Of a stretch of 9,748 bases of DNA, positions 1 through 6,715 are shown in pieces. The stretch is from a virus. Its lineage: Duplodnaviria; Heunggongvirae; Uroviricota; Caudoviricetes. The notes under the pieces are model-generated. The model did not search any database. It was not told the origin of the DNA and was given only the letters and a program-made list of their open reading frames with translations. A program made the translations under genes and the position numbers. The stretch spans positions 1 through 9,748 of IMG/VR virus record IMGVR_UViG_2671180603_000017; one strand, written 5' to 3'. Every line of letters begins with the position of its first letter. Within the stretch, counting starts at the first letter, position 1.

Positions 1-75
1 CTGATAGTGACACCAATTTCAAAACAACCTTCAGACGTATTAACGTTTGGTAATAACGTCTCCATTATTGCGTCC

Positions 76-627
76 TCAACAATGAATTTTGAGTAATTGT
101 TCCACAGTCATATTTTTAATTGCGCCCCGGTTAACAAGAGTCCATCCCTGTTTTTCCAGATAAAACCGGAAAGTCTCCAGGGGACAGACCAGTGCGCCAT
201 CAGGAACGGTTTCGGTGAATTCGACATTGCCGAATTTGTCGAAGTGAACAACCAGAGTGCGACCATCACCCGGAATCATCTTGTCAGCAGGTGGGGTGTT
301 ATTCTGGCGCAGTTCGGCCTCCATGCGGTCGAACTCAGCAATGTATGCCTCTTTGAATGCGGCGGCTTTTTTGCCCGTGAAGCCCATCACCAGGAAAACG
401 AAGCCGTTTTTGGTGATTTGGTACATTGGGAGTTTGCGCCCGATTGAGTCGGTGTATTCGCTCGCTTCAAAATTGAGGGCAGTAAATTTATCTGAGCATT
501 CAATATTTGCGATGGCACGTAACACATTGTCGTGTCGTTTGTGGAAGAACTCTGCAACCGCAACAGACGTAGTGACAGCGCGACCGTTTTCTACGGTTAC
601 ACAAGGGTGAGAAAGGGTAGTAGCCAT
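76..627 (-). CDS. Rha-family phage regulatory (antirepressor-like) protein, module copy 1; 183 aa from ATG 625-627; an in-frame upstream AUG at 718-720 would add 31 aa
   Basis: The track ORF 76..990 carries Rha-type motifs from memory (ENGRAVTTS..AEFF.KRHDNVLR, then YQITKNGFVFLVMGFTGKKAAAFKEAYIAEFDRMEAEL). The ATG at 625-627 is preceded by GGAGG with 8-nt spacing. The track's longer N-terminal extension runs through a promoter, a non-coding RNA and a terminator, so it is unlikely to be coding. Confidence 0.7.
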   Translation of the reverse strand: MATTLSHPCVTVENGRAVTTSVAVAEFFHKRHDNVLRAIANIECSDKFTALNFEASEYTDSIGRKLPMYQITKNGFVFLVMGFTGKKAAAFKEAYIAEFDRMEAELRQNNTPPADKMIPGDGRTLVVHFDKFGNVEFTETVPDGALVCPLETFRFYLEKQGWTLVNRGAIKNMTVEQLLKIHC

Positions 628-660
628 GATGGCAGCCTCCGCGATGAATTTGATTAACTC

Positions 661-690
661 ACCACCGGAGGTAGCAATCTCATGGGTGGT
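661..690 (-). promoter_or_regulatory. Leader hairpin (stem CUCACCACC/GGUGGUGAG) whose loop contains site B (GAUUGCUACC), a same-sense mimic of the small-RNA loop
   Basis: 9-bp stem; the loop sequence is identical to the sRNA loop core and therefore complementary to site A; covaries in copy 2. Confidence 0.45.
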
Positions 691-700
691 GAGACGTACA

Positions 701-714
701 GGGTTGCTACAACC
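701..714 (-). promoter_or_regulatory. Leader target site A (mRNA sense GGUUGUAGCAACCC), complementary to the small-RNA loop; sits just downstream of in-frame GUG/AUG at 723-718
   Basis: Ten base pairs with one bulged nucleotide against sRNA GGG(A)UUGCUAC; covaries with the sRNA loop in copy 2. Confidence 0.5.
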
Positions 715-793
715 GGTCATCACGGAACCCGGCCAGTCTTGCGACTGCCCCGCACGCCCCACCATAATTTGAATGTGGCTGTGCATTACGCAT

Positions 794-816
794 AAAAAAA
801 CCGCCTGAGCGCGGTT
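794..816 (-). terminator. Intrinsic terminator: 6-bp stem AACCGC/GCGGUU, 6-nt loop, U7 tract
   Basis: Hairpin followed by a U-run on the minus strand; the plus strand has no T-run after the stem, so it is unidirectional. The stem is short, so termination may be partial. Confidence 0.45.
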
Positions 817-870
817 ATGCGCCGTGAATGACTTCGGGGTAGCAATCCCGGCACCCGTTTTATGAGGTGC
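794..870 (-). ncRNA. Putative ~77-nt antisense-type small RNA (c4-like by analogy), copy 1; second hairpin CGGG-AUUGCUAC-CCCG
   Basis: Strong promoter immediately upstream, no AUG inside, two hairpins (GCACC/GGUGC and CGGG/CCCG), ending in a stem (AACCGC/GCGGUU) plus U7 terminator. The loop is complementary to leader site 701-714. Confidence 0.5.
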
Positions 871-876
871 AGGTGC

Positions 877-905
877 ACTATAATTCCACCCGTTCTGGTT
901 TTCAA
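877..905 (-). promoter_or_regulatory. Sigma70-type promoter for the small RNA and possibly read-through Rha mRNA: -35 TTGAAA (905-900), 17-bp spacer, -10 TATAGT (882-877)
   Basis: Near-consensus hexamers at optimal spacing, read directly on the minus strand; identical in copy 2. Confidence 0.5.
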
Positions 906-1044
906 TAGCTACATTCAACATTTTCTCTTTCCTTTCATCACCGAAGTGAACTTTGTTGATGCGGTGAATGCGGCTCAGCGCACGCGGCACAGTTAAAAAG
1001 CGATTAGTTCCCCCGTATCGGGTGGTTATGGGTTTCCCTGTATA

Positions 1045-1610
1045 GCTGAACCAGACGTTCGCTCCTACAGCACCAAATCAGGTCTGGGTGGCGGACCTGA
1101 CGTATGTTGCCACACAGGAGGGATGGTTGTACCTCGCTGGCATCAAAGATGTTTATACGTGCGAAATTGTCGGCTACGCCATGGGAGAGCGCATGACAAA
1201 AGAGCTGACAGGTAAAGCCCTGTTTATGGCGCTCAGGAGCCAGCGCCCACCTGCCGGGCTAATCCACCACTCTGATCGAGGTTCACAGTACTGCGCATAC
1301 GATTACCGGGTCATACAGGAGCAGTCTGGTCTGAAAACATCAATGTCGCGTAAAGGTAACTGTTACGACAACGCTCCGATGGAAAGCTTCTGGGGAACGC
1401 TGAAAAATGAGAGCCTGAGCCACTATCGTTTTAATAACCGGGATGAAGCCATCTCAGTAATACGGGAATACATTGAGATTTTCTACAATCGTCAGCGTTG
1501 TCACTCTCGTCTGGGGAATATCTCCCCGGCAGCCTTCAGGGAAAAATATCATCAGATGGCTGCTTAAAAAAAGAACAAATGGTAGTGTCCGCTATTGCCA
1601 GTACACCTCA
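1045..1610 (+). mobile_element. IS3-family (IS600-like) element, 3' fragment of 566 bp ending at the right terminus ...GCCAGTACACCTCA
   Basis: Near-exact reverse-complement copy of 2823-3388; contains the transposase OrfB C-terminal coding region; the terminus ends in CA as in the IS3 family. Confidence 0.8.
1046..1567 (+). pseudogene. IS600-like transposase OrfB, C-terminal fragment (5'-truncated, no start codon)
   Basis: Track ORF 1088..1567 has a C-terminal sequence identical to that of ORF 2866..3966; the reading frame is open back to the fragment boundary. Confidence 0.8.
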
Positions 1611-2154
1611 AAAGTAATTGTTCCACAGTCATATTTTTAATTGCGCCCCGGTTAACAAGAGTCCATCCCTGTTTTTCCAGATAAAACCGGAAAGTCTCCA
1701 GGGGACAGACCAGTGCGCCATCAGGAACGGTTTCGGTGAATTCGACATTGCCGAATTTGTCGAAGTGAACAACCAGAGTGCGACCATCACCCGGAATCAT
1801 CTTGTCAGCAGGTGGGGTGTTATTCTGGCGCAGTTCGGCCTCCATGCGGTCGAACTCAGCAATGTATGCCTCTTTGAATGCGGCGGCTTTTTTGCCCGTG
1901 AAGCCCATCACCAGGAAAACGAAGCCGTTTTTGGTGATTTGGTACATTGGGAGTTTGCGCCCGGTTGAGTCGGTGTATTCGCTCGACACAAAATTGTGCT
2001 CAGTGAATTTTGCTGAACAGTCCAGATTGCGAATTTTATCCAACACTCGTTCGTGGCGTTTGCCAAAGAACTCGGCGATCGCAACAGAGGTAGTGACAGC
2101 GCGACCATTTTCGATGGTTACGTCAGGGTGAGAAAGGGTAAGGATAGTAGCCAT
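1564..2154 (-). CDS. Rha-family antirepressor-like protein, module copy 2 (196 aa from ATG 2154-2152); divergent N-terminal domain, C-terminal tail and stop codon supplied by the abutting IS600 end
   Basis: Mosaic paralog of 76..627: residues after the Rha domain are identical, the Rha domain is divergent (MATILTLSHPDVTIENGRAVTTSVAIAEFFGKRHERVL...). The last 11 codons (LRCTGNSGHYHLFFF*) read into IS sequence. Confidence 0.6.
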   Translation of the reverse strand: MATILTLSHPDVTIENGRAVTTSVAIAEFFGKRHERVLDKIRNLDCSAKFTEHNFVSSEYTDSTGRKLPMYQITKNGFVFLVMGFTGKKAAAFKEAYIAEFDRMEAELRQNNTPPADKMIPGDGRTLVVHFDKFGNVEFTETVPDGALVCPLETFRFYLEKQGWTLVNRGAIKNMTVEQLLLRCTGNSGHYHLFFF

Positions 2155-2323
2155 GATGGCAGCCTCCGCGATGAATTTGATTAACTCACCACCGAGGTTT
2201 TCCACGACCATAAGGGTGGTGAGACGTACAGGGGTGGAAATACCGGTCATCACGGAACCCGGCCAGCCTTGCGGTTGCCCTGCACGCCCCACCATAATGC
2301 GAATGTGGCTGTGCTTAACGCAT

Positions 2324-2400
2324 AAAAAAACCGCCTGAGCGCGGTTATGCGCCGTGAATGATTTCGGGTTTCCACGCCCGGCACCCGTTTTATGAGGTGC
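2324..2400 (-). ncRNA. Putative small RNA, copy 2; second hairpin CGGG-CGUGGAAA-CCCG
   Basis: Same promoter (-10 at 2412-2407, -35 at 2435-2430) and terminator as copy 1; differs from copy 1 only in the hairpin-2 loop and one adjacent base; loop complementary to leader site 2231-2244 (mRNA sense GGUAUUUCCACCCC). Confidence 0.5.
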
Positions 2401-2406
2401 AGGTGC

Positions 2407-2435
2407 ACTATAATTCCACCCGTTCTGGTTTTCAA
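2407..2435 (-). promoter_or_regulatory. Sigma70-type promoter for small RNA copy 2 (TTGAAA, 17 bp, TATAGT)
   Basis: Sequence identical to the copy 1 promoter. Confidence 0.5.
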
Positions 2436-2474
2436 TAGCTACATTCAACATTTTCTCTCACCTTTCATCACCGA

Positions 2475-2628
2475 AGTGAATTTTGTTGATGCGGTGCCTG
2501 GTGCCTCCAGGTGACGTTAACCAGTTAACAATTACAGTTGGCTTTCCCACCCAAACCAATAAGGACTAACATGACTTTTAACTGTGCCGCGTGCGCATAG
2601 CCGCATTCACCGCATCACAAAATTCACT
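2475..2628. repeat. 23-bp inverted repeat (AAGTGAATTTTGTTGATGCGGTG / CACCGCATCACAAAATTCACTT) flanking a ~107-bp spacer; right arm continues as an inverted copy of the copy 1 upstream sequence
   Basis: Direct comparison with copy 1 (941-1002) shows the distal segment is in opposite orientation in copy 2. Confidence 0.6.
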
Positions 2629-2865
2629 TTAAAAAGGGCGGACATCAGCCAGCAATTAAACCGATGCCGCCAACTGGTACTTCACACAGCAATGTCGTTA
2701 TTTACAACCGGAGGCGCACTCCCACCATTTAAATTTAACAGACAAGACCGACTCTTTATGGATACCGGAAATGCGCCTTCGTGTTGTGCCCGGTTTTATT
2801 TCACCACCTCCGGGCTTTGGTATGAGGTGTACTGGCAATAGCGGACACTACCATTTGTTCTTTTT

Positions 2866-4271
<1,406 letters not shown>

Positions 4272-4272
4272 G

Positions 4273-4575
4273 GTTCAGCAGATTTGGCGCAACTGGCAGA
4301 TTGTGGTTCGAGTTCGTAGTCGCTCTGAACTTGCGTTTCTGCTTACAGCGTAGCCTTAGCTCCTTACGAAGACGTGCCAGTCGGTCACGACCAACGATGA
4401 TGCCATTCTCTGCCAGCTCCGTCTGGAGCCGCCGGGTTCCATATGTTTCGCGAGTGCGGATATGTGCCACCTTAATCTCCAGTTTTAGCCGCTCATCACT
4501 TTGTTTTCTGTCTGAGGGTTCATGCTGTACCCAGTTGTAATAACCGCTCCTGGATACACCAAATACCTGACACAT
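4273..4575 (-). pseudogene. IS600-like OrfB N-terminal portion, interrupted at 4272 by the IS911-like terminus
   Basis: Track ORF 4198..4575 matches IS600-like OrfB (MCQVFGVSRSGYYNW...NLPVAPNLLN) and then diverges at the junction. Confidence 0.7.
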
Positions 4576-4610
4576 CGCTTCAATGGGAAATTGTTGTCGC
4601 CATTGTTCGA

Positions 4611-4913
4611 TTAACGCGTATTTTTCAGCGACTCCTGTGCAAAATACGCTGTTGCTTTTTTTAATATATCTCGCTCAAGGCGAGCTTCATTTAACGCCTT
4701 ACGCAGTTGCAGAATTTCAGATTCCAGTTCAGCCACCGTGCGGGAACCAGGAGTACCGAGCCCTTTTCTGGCGGCGGTAACCCATTGTCCTAAAGTGCCT
4801 TCAGGAAGAGATAATCGGGAAGCGCCTTCACTGATCGAAAGTTGATTTTCAGGAACCGTTCTGACAGCTTCGGCTTTGAACTCTTTAGAGTAACGTTGGG
4901 TTTTTCTGCTCAT
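4611..4913 (-). CDS. IS600-like OrfA (transposase N-terminal HTH and leucine-zipper protein, 100 aa)
   Basis: Track ORF MSRKTQRYSKEFKAEAVRTV...ILKKATAYFAQESLKNTR, typical IS3-family OrfA; followed by an overlapping orfB in the -1 frame. Confidence 0.8.
   Translation of the reverse strand: MSRKTQRYSKEFKAEAVRTVPENQLSISEGASRLSLPEGTLGQWVTAARKGLGTPGSRTVAELESEILQLRKALNEARLERDILKKATAYFAQESLKNTR
4655..4662 (-). promoter_or_regulatory. Programmed -1 ribosomal frameshift site (A AAA AAA G) joining orfA to orfB
   Basis: A7G run in the orfA frame (UUA AAA AAA GCA). The orfB frame is open from this point down to 4273 (read codon by codon), as in other IS3-family OrfAB fusions. Confidence 0.6.
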
Positions 4914-5023
4914 TATTAGCTCCTTCTGATGCCATTCTATTTCAGGAAGGAGTGTCCGTTAAACTCAGGCTACCTCAGTGGTATCTTTACTGAAGTTCTC
5001 ACACAACCAGTAAGGAAATGAAT

Positions 5024-5314
5024 ATGCCAACGTATCTCGCCAGAGTAGAACTATATAATGCTGAGCCAGAGGATTACGAAGGGCTTCATAAATATATGCT
5101 CTCACTAGGATTCAGGAGAACGATCCCCCATGGAGATGGTTCGTATAATCAACTCCCGGACGGAACTTATGTTTCCGAAAAGGGCGGTGATATTTATCAA
5201 ATTCGCAGCCAGATATCTGACTATGCAGACCGACTATCCAGGTATCGCGCGTCTGTTTTTGTTTGCGAATTCAGTCAATGCGCATGGTATTTATACCCCG
5301 CCAAGACCCGGTGA
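5024..5314 (+). CDS. Hypothetical protein, 96 aa (track ORF 5018..5314; second ATG favoured)
   Basis: AAGGAA Shine-Dalgarno 7 nt before ATG 5024; no recognisable family. Its 3' end overlaps the convergent gene 5291..5494 by 24 bp, so one of the two calls may be wrong. Confidence 0.35.
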   Translation: MPTYLARVELYNAEPEDYEGLHKYMLSLGFRRTIPHGDGSYNQLPDGTYVSEKGGDIYQIRSQISDYADRLSRYRASVFVCEFSQCAWYLYPAKTR

Positions 5315-5494
5315 ATATCCTGCACGGCCTTCTGCTTTGTAGAAGGCTTCTTCGCTATCATAATCGCCAGATTCCAGCGCTTCTTTAGCCAGCCAGATGC
5401 GTGCCCCAGTGCCTGCATTTGGCTCCAGTTGCTGGAGGCGTTTTGCATCTTCTAGGAGTAGAGCGATAACGTGTTTTAATTCTGTCTCGTTCAT
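5291..5494 (-). CDS. Hypothetical small acidic protein, 67 aa (MNETELKHVIALLLEDAKRL...)
   Basis: ATG 5494-5492 preceded by AGGTGA; start lies 4 nt after the stop of the upstream small gene (compact, possibly coupled). Confidence 0.45.
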   Translation of the reverse strand: MNETELKHVIALLLEDAKRLQQLEPNAGTGARIWLAKEALESGDYDSEEAFYKAEGRAGYSPGLGGV

Positions 5495-5495
5495 T

Positions 5496-5651
5496 TTACT
5501 CACCTGAATGTCTTCCCAACCAACGACGTGCGCCAGCTTCGGTTTTAAACGTTTTGCTTTTGGTATACGTCATGGCGGTGAATGTGCCGTCTTGATTGGG
5601 AAACACGCCACATACCAGAGATTCGTTGTTGCCAAGATCGATAGTATTCAT
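5496..5651 (-). CDS. Hypothetical small protein, 51 aa (MNTIDLGNNESLVCGVFPNQDG...)
   Basis: ATG at 5651-5649 with a G-rich Shine-Dalgarno upstream; first gene downstream of the leftward promoter at 5832-5860. The track ORF's TTG start at 5714 is unlikely. Confidence 0.45.
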   Translation of the reverse strand: MNTIDLGNNESLVCGVFPNQDGTFTAMTYTKSKTFKTEAGARRWLGRHSGE

Positions 5652-5831
5652 GTTGACCCCATTTCCCCTTAACGCCGGGTGGCGGAACGTTTTATCTACT
5701 GCGCTTTGTATCAATCAACAACTGCCGTCATGTTCGTATGCCTCAGGCTGGCTACTTAGCCCTGTTCAGTGACTGGATAACTCGAGGTATTGTCCTGCCG
5801 TTCTCTGGTGGGGCGTTGTTTGGATATGCTT

Positions 5832-5873
5832 ATTAAACACAATTTGTTTTCTTGTGTCAACACGCAACGTGTT
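5832..5873 (-). promoter_or_regulatory. Leftward (PL-like) promoter: -35 TTGACA (5860-5855), 17-bp spacer, -10 TTTAAT (5837-5832); overlapped by operator-like palindromes AACACGCAACGTGTT (5859-5873) and ACACAA-N9-TTGTGT (5837-5857)
   Basis: Hexamers and palindromes read directly; the half-site AACAC/GTGTT recurs in the divergent promoter region at 6434-6448. Confidence 0.45.
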
Positions 5874-5902
5874 TTATGGTGAGTGTCATATGATGATGCT
5901 AC

Positions 5903-5925
5903 AAAAAAGCCCGCTGATAGCGGGC
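5903..5925 (-). terminator. Intrinsic terminator of the repressor gene: stem GCCCGC/GCGGGC, 5-nt loop, U6 tract
   Basis: GC-rich hairpin followed by a U-run on the minus strand, 32 nt downstream of the repressor stop. Confidence 0.6.
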
Positions 5926-5956
5926 TGATTGGCATATTACTGTGATAGCAAGATCA

Positions 5957-6376
5957 TTATTCCGGTGGGGGATTATCTTTAATCCTGCCTCTCAAATATT
6001 TTTCTACATACTCATCGATTTCTTTTAGCCGGACTTCAAATAGCTCAATCATTCGTTGTTGTTCTGAGCCCGGTAGCTGGTTAAACAACTCAAGAAGTTT
6101 TCGTTGGGATTCATTTAACCACAATTCAGAAGATTCCTGTTCTCCAAAGAGGAGCTCAGGAGGAGATATGCCAAGTGCCTTTCCCAATACGACAGCGTCA
6201 TGTACTCCAACATTTCTGCTGCCCGCCTCATAGTTACCTATACGCGATTGCGTCCATCCGCAGATTTCAGCAAGTTTTCCTTGAGATAAACCAAGCTTCT
6301 GCCTGCGCTCTTTAAGACGCATTGCAATTTTGTCATTGAGCCTACTAGCGGCAATTTTTTCGTTTTCTTTTTCCAT
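5957..6376 (-). CDS. Prophage repressor, HTH XRE family (DicA/CI-like), 139 aa
   Basis: HTH motif LGLSQGKLAEICGWTQSRIGNYEAG; a C-terminal segment (QRKLLELFNQLPGSEQQRMIELFE) resembles my recollection of DicA; divergently arranged with a Cro-like gene. Confidence 0.7.
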   Translation of the reverse strand: MEKENEKIAASRLNDKIAMRLKERRQKLGLSQGKLAEICGWTQSRIGNYEAGSRNVGVHDAVVLGKALGISPPELLFGEQESSELWLNESQRKLLELFNQLPGSEQQRMIELFEVRLKEIDEYVEKYLRGRIKDNPPPE

Positions 6377-6387
6377 TGCATCCTTGT

Positions 6388-6448
6388 ATCACGAATCGTG
6401 ATTTACATAAAACACAAAACAGCTTGGCTATATAACACAAGGTGTGTT
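6388..6448. promoter_or_regulatory. Divergent promoter/operator region: palindromes ATCACGA-A-TCGTGAT (6388-6402) and AACACAAGGTGTGTT (6434-6448)
   Basis: Perfect inverted repeats in the 96-bp intergenic region between the repressor and Cro-like genes; GGAGG Shine-Dalgarno at 6462-6466. Confidence 0.5.
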
Positions 6449-6472
6449 TAAAATTGTCATCGGAGGTTTTCA

Positions 6473-6715
6473 ATGAACAAAATTTCAACATATCGAAAAC
6501 AGCTTGGGCTGTCTCAAAGACAACTTGCTGTTCAGTTAGGGTGGATACAAAGCCGACTGGCAAATTACGAAGCAAATTTTCGTACCCCTGGACTAGAGGA
6601 GTGCAGAAAAATTGTTTCTACCCTTAATCGGCTTGGCGCTCATTGTGGACTTGACGATGTATTCCCCCCAGACGGTAAGCATAGCGAAAACAGCATAGGA
6701 GCGGTTGATTCATGA
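6473..6715 (+). CDS. Cro/YdaS-like HTH DNA-binding protein, 80 aa
   Basis: HTH motif LGLSQRQLAVQLGWIQSRLANYEAN, nearly the same recognition helix as the repressor; strong RBS; stop overlaps the next ATG (ATGA). Confidence 0.65.
   Translation: MNKISTYRKQLGLSQRQLAVQLGWIQSRLANYEANFRTPGLEECRKIVSTLNRLGAHCGLDDVFPPDGKHSENSIGAVDS

Larger units (their letters stand above)
4272..4977 (-). mobile_element. IS600-like element, 5' part (left terminus at 4977; orfA plus orfB N-terminal region)
   Basis: Terminal inverted repeat TGAGGT...CGGACACT matches the right terminus. The 5' and 3' parts minus the 215-bp overlap sum to about 1263 bp, the expected size for one element. Confidence 0.8.

Noticed and set aside
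30-60. Imperfect palindrome AGACGTATTAACG...TAATAACGTCT near the left window edge
   Set aside because: Arms are imperfect, there is no flanking T-run, and there is too little context at the window edge to call a terminator or attachment site.
97-610. Plus-strand ORFs 97..447 and 257..610 (and their copies 1618..1968, 1778..2131)
   Set aside because: They lie entirely antisense to the Rha-family genes, have no recognisable motifs or ribosome-binding sites, and are duplicated only because the underlying gene is duplicated.
628-990. N-terminal extension of track ORF 76..990 (and equivalently 2155..2451 of ORF 1564..2451) as coding sequence
   Set aside because: The extension runs through a consensus promoter, a transcript with no AUG and an intrinsic terminator; copy 2 carries an in-frame TGA here; a much better start with GGAGG lies at 627. 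The open frame is most likely fortuitous.
2584-2841. Plus-strand ORF 2584..2841 (85 aa)
   Set aside because: Its start is the inverted copy of the Rha upstream region and it ends inside the IS600 terminus; it is a by-product of the inversion.
4583-4780. Plus-strand ORF 4583..4780
   Set aside because: Antisense to IS600-like orfA and the frameshift region.
5130-5342. Plus-strand ORF 5130..5342
   Set aside because: Alternative frame overlapping ORF 5018..5314 with no start signal; less likely than the neighbours, though the whole 5024-5494 overlap region stays uncertain.
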